Positions 24,146 through 37,259 of a stretch of 64,000 nucleotides of DNA are shown here, in pieces; the stretch's first letter is position 1, and each line of letters begins with the position of its first letter. The DNA lies in assembly GCF_006345805.1 (NCBI RefSeq), contig NC_042999.1, positions 109,616,001-109,680,000 of the forward strand, read 5' to 3'. Below the pieces are notes generated by a model, which saw only the letters and a program-made list of their open reading frames with translations, did no database searches and was not told the origin of the DNA. Both the position numbers and the translations under genes were made by a program. This DNA is from Octopus sinensis. Lineage: Eukaryota.

Positions 24146-27100
24146 TACTAACATGTTAACATTTTGGCAACTAAACAATATCAACATCTTTGTTTATTTG
24201 TTATCATGAAGGTGGAAACATTATTCCAGCCATCCAACTATAGTGCAAGACATTAAATTTTGCTTATGAAATATTTTCACCTTCATATTACTATAATAAT
24301 ATGAAGATTCAAATATTTCAGAAACAAAATCTAAAGCCTTGCTCTAACTTCCTAACTACTGAGCCTTCAGAGGGACCTCCCTTGAAATATAACTGTAAGG
24401 GCTTATATTTGCCTTTTCCTCTTTCATTCTTCTACATTTCTTGTAGTGGAGGTGAGTTATGCATTAACTTATTCTTCTCAGAAAGTACGTGTTTAGGGAT
24501 TTAATATGTGGTACTAGATTTAGATTTAAACTTTTGCATCATTATAATAGTCAAGTGTAGGATGTTTTGACCTTCAAGATATGTTACTAGTGAATAAACA
24601 AATGTGTCGTGAAGGATTGGTATTGAAATGTTATTAATAATAGTCAGAGGAAATGTAAATGTCCTCACATGATTATGTTCAGATTAAAAGAGGTATCCGA
24701 TCATCTGTTGGAAACTTGCTGTTGTACCTGCATTAATATTTGAAGGCAGATTTAGTTCTATTCAAGTCCAGATTCCATTGGAGTTGATCTTGTTTTCCAT
24801 CCATCAAAAATTGATACAAAAAGTACGAATTGAGTTGATATGATTGACTGGCCTGTACTCTGGGGTGTGTGGTCTAATGCCTGTCTCAAAAATCAGTAAT
24901 TATCCTCATCTGTCTAATTAGAATGAAGCTAGTAATAGTTCAAGAGCATGATGCAGTACTTTTATTTCATTCAGTTTCTCTTTTAAATGAATGCATTTTT
25001 TTCTCATAGATTGACAGGTTACGAAACTAGTAATAACAAATGGTGTAATATAAACAGCAGTTTTGCTACACAACAAATGTCACTAGTTTATGTTTTTATG
25101 CTTCAACAAACCTCTTGACATCATAAATGGCTTATTGCATATTAAAGTTTGCAGTTGATACATGGGCTGGTTTCACAAATTTCGCAATATTTTTCACATA
25201 ATACCTTAGGAAAAAGTGAAGTAAAACTTATTCATAGGTCAGTTATAATTAAACTTTGGTTTTGAACTTTGAAAAAGAATAGCATTCACATTAAGTAGAA
25301 TGGATTATAGCTATTTCAGATCATCGTAGTTTTACTAATATGAGATGGTTATGAAATTAAAATATCAGTAAACAGATTATAGATACACAATATAATCAAC
25401 TAATTGATTATAATAGCATGTATTTTAAATGACTACAAAAAGAAAAAAAACCTCAATCATCTTAAAACAATCCATGTCAATATACTTTCTTAAAAGGTAA
25501 ATAAAAATTATGCTTTCTTAATAATATCAAATTCTATATCTGCATGGAACACCCTTCACAATTCATGTAGTTTATCGTATTTAGGCAACTAATTTCTTCA
25601 AGCTGTTTCCATTTATTGTATAGGAAAAGTGCTATAATGTTCAAGCAGGAATCTTACTTATTATACATCTTGTAGCAATAGTCTTTTAAGGTTTGGTTAC
25701 TATCCCAGCTCTTGAGATAACTATAGTGTTTACTTTAATTATACTACATTTGTATTCAAGTAGTTTGTAAATTATACTTGTCCACATCTGTAATTGACTA
25801 AAGAATTTTTGTAGATAACCAACAATGTAATCATGTGTGTTTAATGGTTTTGCAATGTTGCACATTATATATATGTACACACACACACACACATGCGTGT
25901 GTGTGAGTGTGTGTGCTTGAGTGTGTGTATATATTCATGAGAACTGATATATTTTGGTTTCTAGAGATACATTCTGTGTATATGTGTGTGCATGTAAGTA
26001 TATAGTCTTATAAAGCTTAATACATTTTACAATGATATGGAGATGGGCAGTAAAACCTTTTTATTTTCACTCATTAAATACACTAAACTGCCATAAAATA
26101 TGATTTATTTCTGCAGTTTTGATTAGCTCTTACTTTTTTTGTGTCATAAATAAAATACTTCACTTATGGGACAAATATGACACCTACTGAAAATGGGGAT
26201 CAGATTGAAAAATATTTTAAAAAAAGACATAGGCTTAAAGTAGTTTACTAATTTCTTTTTTGTTTTTATTTATTCTTTGTAACAAAAGCATATATACAGT
26301 AAGCAAAGACATTACAATAAAACCACCAACAGCAAATAAGAGATTTGGAAATATGAATCAGGGAATATAATTTTGAGTTTTTGCTATTTTGTGCAATTAC
26401 TGAGGATCAAGTTGAAGGTGGAGATTTCACATGATCCATTTGACAGTAACACATAGAGAGCCAAGCATGTGCATATTAGGTAAGTTAACTGCAGACAAAA
26501 ATGACTTAAGCACCAAAGATATTTTACTTCACTCAGTTAAAGGAAATAGCTTTCCTTTAGTTTGTAATGTTGTTATTGGTTGGTTCATATATCACCTTAT
26601 CAAATATAGTATAATGTTAATAATAACAGTGGAGAGTATTGACTACCAATGGAGGAAGGAATATCTGATGAAAGAACCAATCAATAATTATAAATACAAC
26701 ATGTCTTGGCTTAACTATTTTACCACAAAATTTATATCGTGGCAATTTCTTTGATAGCAAGAACCCATTTCATATCAAGTATTTTAAAATCTTAAATGTG
26801 CTTGTTTCTGTATGTATGTGTGTATGCATGTGTGCACGCATATGTATAACATAATATGTTTGTAACTAATTGAAGTAAAACAATGATAACTAGTTAAATT
26901 AGAATGATTTTTGTTGGTAATTAATTCAATGGTGTTCATAACCAAAAGTTAATACAAGTTGACCAGTGTCTAGTTTTGTTGCTATTATGAGGTTGATTTT
27001 GGTTAGCTTAGATGAAAAAGAAAAATATTGTTAGAATTATGTATATATCTCAATCTGTTTTGTAAAGTCTTTATTGATAGTTTTATACTAAAACATCACC

Positions 27101-30100
27101 ATATTTTCTATTAAAAATAATATTTTTGAAGTTTAAAATTCTCTTAACCTAAATAATAGATGATGTTTCTGTATGGAGCATGTATGTTCACACACTTGCA
27201 GACAGTACCAAAAAAGATAAGTAAATAAATAAAAAAAAAAAATAGCAGGCTCTCCAGAGATGTACAAGAAATCAATGACTATTTTTTAAAGTTTTAGGAC
27301 TTTTCCACTTGCGAAAGTATATGTTTAGTACAAACCAATATACTTAATATATAAACATGAATAGAAAGTTCAACTGTTGTACTAGGGCTTGACCTAAGAA
27401 GCTTGACAGCATTTAAATTAAAGCAAGATTTTGTCATTAAAATAAATTATAAAATTATATATATATATATATGCAACATAGTTGCAATATATCTATTATC
27501 AGTGTAATACTGTTGAATCCGCAATCAGCCCACTGCCTTTTAATATATAACAGATGTCATTTAGAAAGATTATCTGCATTTTAATTCCTATATTCTGAAA
27601 AAGATTTCTAATGCTTATTTATTTTCCTTTCCTTGTGAAGCACATTTTCTTTTAAAGAAAATTAACAATAGTAATAATGACGATGATGATGATGATGATT
27701 ATGATGATGATGATGATGATGCTAATAAGTTTTAAAAAATCCCTTCCAATAACAACTCAATATTAAACAATTAAATTTCAATAGCATCAAACCAAGAAGA
27801 TGTCCAAATATATTTAACGTTTTGTGCTTTTTTTTCCTTGTTTTTGTCATTTAAATGTGAATTTCAGATTTTTTTTTATACATAATATACAGTTTGGCAT
27901 CTATGAAACCATATTATGACAAAAAATATTGAAAATATAATTTCATATATTTACATGTTTTAGTTGGCTAAAACTATTTTGCACATCTAAATAACTGAAA
28001 ACTTATAAAAATGAATGGAAATTGATACCTGGAAGCCATGTTTAGCTATTCTCTCATAAATAGTATCTATTAGGAAAGATAAGGAAAAAGTAACAATTGG
28101 CTATTCTATACTTTCTTATGTAGTTGGAAAGAAGGTGTCGTTGAGAGGTCATTCTTTAATCTTTCCACAGAGCGAAAAATAAAAATAAATAAGTAAATAC
28201 ATAATTTAAATAAAAATAAAAGTACATTTTTTACAAATCAGATTTTCTTTGGTTTTGAACAGAAAATTTTGGTTCTAATCTAATTATTTAAAGAATCCAG
28301 AAATTAAATTGAAAGAAACCTATGAAATTCTAAAAACATTATAAGGGAATAGTAAACTTCAACAGAGGAGTATTGTAAATGTTATACTTGATATGTATTG
28401 CTTTCTTTGTTTATGGTGGGTGTATGGATAACTGTAAATTTAATAGTAGTGAAGAATGAATATGAAGTTATTAACTCTAATTTCATTTATTTTTTTCCCC
28501 AGGTTCCAAAGGACTATTGTGATCATCATACAATTAAATTCTCATACACTTCTTTTTTACAAAAAGGAGTGTATGAAATTTTAAGTGTATGAGGATCACA
28601 AAAATATCTAAGGAAGAAAACCCTAAAATATAGGTTTAACATTACTTACTATTATTATGACCACTACAAAGAAAGCACTTTCCTCTCTACTTTCTATTCT
28701 TTTCCTGGCAATAATTTATTCTGGGATTCTATATTACCCTTAAATGTTTTTAAATAAACTAGTTTACAGGAAAAATAGGTTTCAATTTTCATCAGTTTAG
28801 GGAAGGAAAACTTAACGATGATGAACACTATTTTTATATGTCAGAATAATAATCTATTTCTTTATTATTAACTGAGTAGAAACATCTGGAAGTTGATTAT
28901 CTGTACATCTGTAACTCTTGTCCCTATGTAAACCAAAAGTATGATGAAAAATGGTTATGCTTCAATCAGTTTCAAGCTGCAAAGTAAATATGATAAAATG
29001 CTATATATAAAAAAAAGAACAGAAACAAGAAAATTTTCAAATGTTACTATTATTTGGTTGCCCAATGACATGATGGCAAACTTGAAAGTGCATTATTTAA
29101 CTTAAATTTCTGTTAGGTTCAAATCAACTCTCTTTGTACCAAAATTAAACTGGATAAGTTGTTGGACTATATGAAAGCAAAGATATCAATATTTAATATC
29201 ATTTGCAATGTTTCCTACTGCAATATTACTTAAGAAAAAACTAATTTAAAATTAAGCTTGTGTAAATTAGAAAGAAAATCTGGTTACCATCAAATTTTGA
29301 AGTCCAAAATTCAATTTTTTACAACCAAAAACATTAATTTTGCCCCCTTTTTTTAAGTTAATACAAATGAACTACATAAATATATTCATTAGAGCTTCTG
29401 ATCTACAATGATTTAATTTCTAATAATTATAGAAATCAGTATGTTCAAAAATATCCTTTGTTGAAGAATCTATGTTTATAACTGAAATCATTTTGCTAAG
29501 TAAATTGTTTGATTGCTCCACTTTTTGAATATGATAAAGACTAAGACATCTTATACAAAATGTAGATAGAAAAAGAAATAACCAAGTGCCACACATTGTC
29601 CATGTGTTGCAGCAACACCTTATCATCCTAACCAACTATATACTGCATAATTTGTGCTAAATATTTGAAGCTTTGTGTAATAAGCATGCCTAATAAATAT
29701 GCACCAAAACTATGATTGTTGAGTTTCAGTTGACTTATAAACACAATTCTTAAAAATAAAAAGAAAGCAATTAAAAGTGGAGAACAGACTTGACAGTGTT
29801 TGACATTCTTGCAGTTAGTTTGTTTTATCAAGAAAATGATGTTTATTAAACACTGCCACTTGTAGTGGAGGAGAGTTAATTGATAATTTAACTTAGGTAA
29901 TTTTTCTATTATTTACTTGAGGAACAAATTCAATAAGCTGTAGCATTGTTTTTTTTTTATTACAAATAACTCCATGGTGATGGCTGTCCATAATTCTTAC
30001 TGTTCAGCATAATTTTATCTGAATCCTCAAATATAGCTGTCTCTTAAGAAAAATAATACAAACAATATCCAGTATAATAAGACTTAAATCCAAAACAATT

Positions 30101-33100
30101 TTCAAAAATTTATGTCAGTAATTATACATTTATTTCATAAGAAATATTTTAGCACAGGACTTGGCAGATTGTTACAGTTTCTATATATGCACACATCAGT
30201 ATAACAACCAGATTTTTGTTTTAAAAAAGGAAGAAAAAAAAAGAAAACATTAAGGATGGTTGCTTCTTTGGTTTTTCTTTTTTTTATTTTGCTGCCTCAT
30301 AGAGAGGAGAGAAATGCTGAGCTTGATTCCCAGCCAGATATAAGATGGGACTTTTTGAATTTTAGATTAGATAAAATAATTACCATAAAAGAAATTTACT
30401 AGACTTTTAAAATATTTTATTTGTTGGTAGAACTACAATATAACTTAAATGGTTGTGTTGTGTAAAGAGCTTACTATTTGTCACATTATTCAGGGGTTCA
30501 TAAAGTTCAGACAACAAAGGATTTTCAAACAGGCGTTTCAGTACTTTGAGATTAAAAGACATTTAGCTATTCCCAAAGAAAGTAGGAAGGTGGAGGGACA
30601 ATGAAAAATAGTCAAAAAAGATTGATTGCAAGGAGGGAGAAGAAAGGATGTAAAACTTTGATGAATAAAAACAACATAAATTATCCTAGAGGCTCAATCA
30701 AATTTACAGCAGTTTAGAATAACTCTGCATCGGCAGAGTGGGATTCAATCTGAATTTTTATAGTTCTTTAAACAGCAGAAAATTCGGCAAGTTAATGTTT
30801 TAGAAAAGTTATTGTCCCTTTTGAATATATTTACTTGACCTTCCAAAAAGAACTTTAAATTAGAAGACATAGATAAAATAAGTCATAATCAGTACTTCTG
30901 ACCAATTTATCTACTGACCTTATAATCTAGGATCATCTGTATAATGTCTAAAAAGCTTTAGTGCATGTGTTACACCAGAGAGACTGATCTGTTATGTCAA
31001 ATGATACAACTAAGGAAACAATAAAATCTTAGTTATTCAGCTTATTTTATTTTTTAAACTAATATAAGTAAAGTACATACCTTTTGAAAGTTAGTACTAA
31101 TTAATTATGATATTTCAAGACTATCCAGAGATTAAGCAAATCACTGTTTGAGAGAGAACCATAATATGTATAATACTATGGATGTGAGGTATTTAGTCCA
31201 ACTAAGCAGCAATCAAGTATATTCACTCTCTCTGGTGTTGTTACCATGACAAATATGTATTAGGATAGGTGGCTAAAAGACATGTTTTACAACTATATTT
31301 AAAACATTGGTCATACAAATAGGACTGCCACTTGTGAGTATGGTAGTGGTGGCTTAATCAAGAACATTGGGCACTAGGTAGATCTACCTAGAGATCTTGC
31401 CCCACATATTGTTTGAATGGAAATTGGCTAAGTGTGTGTGTGTGTGTTGGGTGTGTGTTAGAAAACAAAAGTAGTAAATAATTAAAAAAAAATAATGACA
31501 TTCCAGTAGTCCCAACATAAACATCTAGAGCTCAACAGTTGAAGGTTGTAGCAAGAATACCTACCAAATGTACACAGATAACTAGTATAAAACAACAATT
31601 TGTACACAATAAATATGACAGTAAAACAGTGTGATACAAAGATGTATCATTAGATGTACAATGTAGACATTTGTCATGAAAACCAAATGCAGGATAACAA
31701 CACTGTGATTATGAATAACTTGTTTCGATTGAGTTGTTATGCCTGGTGGTGGTCAGTCGTTGAGCTGTCTGTTAGATTGTGAAATGAGGATGAGAATGAT
31801 GACAATGATGACGATGATGATGAGAATGATGATGATTATGATGATGATGATTATAATGATGGTGGTGGTTACTTACTACTTACTAGCTGTTTAATGTTTA
31901 GCCAGCAGCAGCACCTGCAAGACTCTAAATATATTTCGTATTACCAAGTACCATCTTGTACACATAGAAACAGGGTGCTGTGGCAATAATGATGAAGTGG
32001 ATAACTAACTTACCTAGCATTCAACATTAGAAAGTTTACGCTCTCGGCATACAATGGGGATCAGTGCAATGAAAAAATAAATAAGTAACACACAAACACA
32101 CAAACACACAAGCATTTATATCAATTATTTTCATGTGAGCAGTTTGGTTCATAAATGGTCCTTCAGTTTTAGTTTCTATCTGAGTTTATATGAAATTGAA
32201 TACATATGTGAATGTATGTAAACATGATACTCATTTATCCAGGAAAATAAATGTTTTCTTAAAAATGTGTGTATAGATAGGTATATACAATATGTATGTG
32301 CATATGTACAAATACACACACACACATTCTTATCTATACATTAAAATCTTTCATGCAAGGGCTTATATTAATAATGTTTATGGTCAGATTTTATTGGTCA
32401 TTGAACTTGGGCTTATTTCAATGAAGATATAATAATAATTCTAATTTTAAAAAAATGAAGTGGCAGTGATAATAGAGTTGTATTTTCATTCTTATATGAA
32501 ATAACATGGTAATATAATAATTGCTAATGTTTTCATAATTAACAACTGGCCATATATTTTTAAACAGAAACTGTGAATATAAACTGCTTTGCTTCTTATG
32601 CAATTATTAAACTAAATATCTAACATTTAATGTCTATAAGCGGAATTGCAACTATAAAGGACCTAACTACAAAGCAACCAAAATAAACAATTTTTAAATT
32701 AAAATAAAATGGTAAATTATTCATATTTTTAACCTTGACCATTATTGAATTTAATATGTAAATCAAAAAGTTTTAAAACTATGAGTGATAAACTTAGTTG
32801 TCTTTGTATAGTTTTAAACTGATAATTAATGTTTTAAGAGTTTAAGAAAAGTAAACCAAATACAATATTTAGTCAATTTGTGATGAGCATTAACCACCTG
32901 AGTGAGTAATGGTTATAGTTACTATTGTTGATACAAAAGACCCGATATGTTTTGTAAATCAAAATATTTGTTACAAAGCATATGAGATGTCTACCAGAAA
33001 TTTGCAGACTGAGTGAATGAAGACAATATTACTAATTTAATAAAACTAAAAGAATTAGGTCTATCATGAGTATAGAATATTTAGGAACTCTTTTAATTAA

Positions 33101-35869
33101 ACACTAAGTAATTAATAAACATACAATTTATACGGTAATTTTTATTGGGCTTTTAAATCATTATTATAAAAATATGAAAATATTTACATTATTTTAAGAG
33201 TAAAATGTTACCATAATATTTAAATACAATAAAAAATGAAATAGTGAATGACACACAAAAAGGAATTAGATTTATGAAAATCAGAGCAGTTTCCATTTAG
33301 TAACAACTAGGTTCAACATAGAAAAATTTCTTAGATATCTTAAATTAATAAAAATTTTAAGTAGATGACACAAACATAAGTTAAATAATATTATATTGAC
33401 AACAACTGAAAAGTATTGAGTGACACTGACACTGAATCACAAAATTCTGCATCCATCATTATTCTGCCAAATGTAAATTTGTATCTTTTGTAAAATGTAC
33501 ATGTTCTAATGCATGAAAGTAATTTATTTTATTCAAAATTCTAGTTAATTTATTAATATCTAAATCAGATTTAAACTCTGAAATAGTACAAAGAAGCTTG
33601 AAATTAATTTGAATTCTTATTAGTATGGACTCACACTAACTCAGAATGCAAAACTAATCAATTTTAATCGTAATGGTTTTAAAGCAATATTTTCATATCA
33701 TACTAATTAATTTTATAATAGTCTAATACAAACAAAAAGTAAGCAGTAAATATGTTTATTGTATAATCTAAATTAAAACCTGTGTTAAAAGTAAAAAGAC
33801 ATTTTTGGAAAAGTGAATATCACTTTAAAAAAATCTGAACTGGTCCCAGGCAATCTCAAAATTAGCATCACATTTTACATTTCAGCTTACTTGTAAATAT
33901 CTTAATAATTATTTTCTAAAACCAAAATATGCTTTGATGCTAATCATTTCTATAATTGCATCAGATTTAGATGGTCTTTTTTGTGGTTTGTAGTTTCTTG
34001 AAAGCAACAAACTTATCCATTTCCTTATACTATTAAATTATTATTGAAATAATTTTAATATTTTAGAACCAGGCTGTGTGCCTAGAGTAGAAAGAGTATT
34101 ATTTTAGAACTAGTTTTAGCTTCATTTTGTTTGTTCAAATATATAAGTGAATTATTCTCTGTGTAGATGTGGAAAATAAAATTTGAATGAATGTTTTCCC
34201 ATTCCTATCAAAATACTATAAAATCCAATGAAAAATGCTGGAAACAGTATTTGGCTTGGTTACTTTATAAAATCTGACCAACAACTTATCAATGCCTCAT
34301 TTAATAAATACTGCAAATTTTTAAAAATATCAATCAAATCCTTAATTTTCTTAGGAAAATTTTATCTTTCCCATATTCAAATTGGAAGAGGTGAAAAAAA
34401 AAATGATAGCCTCAAATTTTTATCAGATAAAATATTGGTGATTTCAGGACCTGAACATTCTCTCCATTGTCTGCTCCTCTCCTAAAGGCATGAAAGGTTT
34501 AATGAATGATAAGCTTTATCAAACCTGAACCACCTTTTAAAGTAAATATCTTAAGTCTCTAGAGTGGGAATAATCATTTTTAGATAGATATTTTCTGCTT
34601 ATATTTCTTGACCTTTTTGTTCAAGATTTCAAATTATAAACAATTGATGAAACAAGCATCAAAAATTTATATTGGAAAATTTAGTGTCTGAAACAAAACT
34701 GATTTTCAAAACAAAAATTTAATCTCTAAGTTAAATTTTAAAGGGTGAAAATTTAAAAACCACCTTTAATTTATAAAAAAAAGAAATGAAAATTAGTTTT
34801 AAATGCAATATCAGGTTTGTTTCATAATATGTTTAAGCTTATTTACCTCTGCAGGGAGAGATAATTTATGTGAATGATATAATGAACAGGTTTGAAAAGT
34901 GAACCATCTTAAAAATTTTGGAAATAAAGAAAGTGTATTGAAGAGGTAACAGCTAGATATGATAAGTGATGTTCCAACCAGACACCATTTCAACTACTAG
35001 CTGAAACCCTTCTTGTTTGTGAAAATACGTATGAAAGACCATACATATAGTATTTCACTGAAATAGTACATGAAACTCAAGTATGGAACATCTATTTGTG
35101 TTCAATTAGAGAGACATACACTCACACATACATACACTATATTCTAAATGACACACTGAATTGGGTTGTGATATGTTGAAATCAGGCGGTGTGTTGTTAA
35201 AAAATATAAATAACTAAAAGATGACCTGTAACAAAACAACACTAAAACAAAAACAAAATAAAGAAAAAAACAGTCATCACAGAAGAATAAATATTAAACA
35301 TTGTGAATGCAGGATTATTCATCATCTCCTCTTGTCATACATGTGCTGCTGGGATAAACTTCTGGCTTGTTTGCAATATCTTTTCTTTTTCTGGCATTGT
35401 ATTTATAATTCTTTTTGTAAGACTTTTTAAATGAAAGACCGGCGCCATTTCTCCATTATAATATAGAAAATCCTATAAGGATTTTGATGTGAACAGTAGT
35501 AGTAGTGGTGAATTGATAGTATTAATAATAATTGTAAATATATTAAAGGGGTTTTGGCCAGCAAGTTTTTAAATTTCAGATAAATATCCCCAAACTTCTT
35601 TCTCATATAACAATTGATCTTTTAAGTTTATAATTCTCAAAAACCTTTTTGTTGTTACACCATTATTTTCTTTTTACAATCAAACTCATCATCATGTTTA
35701 AGTATTTTTGATATTATATATATACATACATACATACATATATATAATATTTTTAAAGTAATTCAAAATGTTTCTTGTTTTTTTTTCCATTTTTGTTCAT
35801 ATTTTTCCAATGACAAGGCCTTGGCAGTCCTCACAGAATTTCACAGAAATTTCTAAGAGCCTTTTTGAA

Positions 35870-36820
35870 TCATGTTAGTCTTGAACCTCCACCGGAACAG
35901 GTTGGTGTAAATGATGGCATCTGTTGAGATGCATAGTTTTTTATATGTTGTAAACTGAGCAGGCTATTAGCAAGCATACTGTCTCTTGAAGACATACCCA
36001 CATTCAAATTCCTTTCTGGAGGGTCAGATTTACGAAATCCTAAGGGATCATAAGGAAAATAACGTGGAGAAGTCATTGATGAAATATGGGGCAAAGGGGA
36101 ATTTAAACTATTGGCTCCTAAACTTGAGCCATATGGGTATGTGGAAGCTGTCGTGCTGCTGGGTACAGGACTGCCAAATTGGTGGGGAATCGGCATGAAG
36201 GCTGAAGAAACTTTCCCACAAGAACCTGTAGAGTTATCAGGCTGTCGATCTGATCTTCCATATTCTTCACTGGAATGGTCTGGCTCTTGCTTGATAACAG
36301 GACGAGGAGAAATTTTATTGGAGCTGTCCTGTGAATGTTTGGCCATATGTCTTGTTAAATAAGTCTCTTGAGTATAGGATTTTCCACATATGCGACATAT
36401 GTGTGTTTTTAAATGTTTTGTGTCCGAATGTTTCGGGATATGCTCCCGCAGACTTGCCTCGTCAGCGTAACATTTATAGCAGGAATTGCAGCGGTATGGC
36501 TTGTCAGTCATGTGAGAGCGTGAGTGTGACTGCAGGTTGGAGAGCTGTGAGAATGCCTTGCCACATCCCGGGTGTAAGCATTTATATGGCTTCTCCCCAG
36601 TGTGGGTGCGGATATGTTGTTGCAGATGGGACAGCTGAGTGAACTTACGCTCACAGATCTCACAGCGGTATGGCTTGATGCCTGAGTGGATACGCGCATG
36701 CTGAGACAAATATGATGAGTTGGCAAAGCACTTCAAACATGTGGGACACTTGTACGGCTTCGGATCCTGCTTGTGTATTTGTTGGCAGTGGATCAGCATG
36801 TCCGATTTGGTTGTAAACAC
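35870..36820 (-). CDS. rn: Last coding exon of a lin-29/rotund (ZNF384/ZNF362 family) C2H2 zinc-finger transcription factor; second half of ZF1, ZF2-ZF6 and a Ser/Pro-rich C-terminus
   Basis: 316-codon open frame with YKCPTCLKCFANSSYLSQHARIH, YRCEICERKFTQLSHLQQHIRTH, YKCLHPGCGKAFSQLSNLQSHSRSH, YRCNSCYKCYADEASLREHIPKH, KHLKTHICRICGKSYTQETYLTRH. This finger array is characteristic of rotund/lin-29. It is preceded by acceptor ttttttgtctcacttag (AG at 36822-36821); the first codon is GTG (Val), not Met; stop TGA at 35872-35870. Orthology to rn versus its paralogues was not tested. Confidence 0.95.
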   Translation of the reverse strand: MFTTKSDMLIHCQQIHKQDPKPYKCPTCLKCFANSSYLSQHARIHSGIKPYRCEICERKFTQLSHLQQHIRTHTGEKPYKCLHPGCGKAFSQLSNLQSHSRSHMTDKPYRCNSCYKCYADEASLREHIPKHSDTKHLKTHICRICGKSYTQETYLTRHMAKHSQDSSNKISPRPVIKQEPDHSSEEYGRSDRQPDNSTGSCGKVSSAFMPIPHQFGSPVPSSTTASTYPYGSSLGANSLNSPLPHISSMTSPRYFPYDPLGFRKSDPPERNLNVGMSSRDSMLANSLLSLQHIKNYASQQMPSFTPTCSGGGSRLT

Positions 36821-37115
36821 CTAAGTGAGACAAAAAAATAAAATTCACCTGTTAGTGACATTCTTATTTTTACACGGAAGAATAATTAAACCAAGAAAAA
36901 GCTGCTGGCATTTGAATGATATATATATATATAAAAAAAGAGAACAAAAAAAAAGTTTGGTGCCTTTGCTGGAGGCAGAGGAAACAGAAAAGAAGGTTGA
37001 CATTACCAATTTGATTGGTTGGATTTTGAAAGTGTGACCTTTTCTGGTGTTTTCAGAACAAATGTGTAATTCCGTTGGACATAGCTGCCTTTTGTAAATA
37101 CCCTGTTCCATTGAT

Positions 37116-37259
37116 GCCATACAAATGATTGTACCCAAAATGTGGCAAGGCATTCCCACAGTTTTCTAGCCTGCAGTTACCCTCACACTTTCTCAACAGT
37201 AGACAACTTATAGAACCATACTTTGAAGCTGCAATAATTGCTGCAATGCTATGTTGACA
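37116..37259 (+). other. Intronic inverted imperfect copy of the ZF4-ZF5 coding sequence (putative editing complementary sequence)
   Basis: Plus-strand 37116-37189 matches the minus-strand exon 36590-36517 ungapped at 59/74 identity (for example atgtggcaaggcattc is exact). Gapped similarity continues to about 37259 / 36460. Confidence 0.85.

Noticed and set aside
35986-36848. Plus-strand and alternate-frame ORFs overlapping the ZF exon
   Set aside because: Shadow ORFs of the higher-GC coding exon; no domain content.
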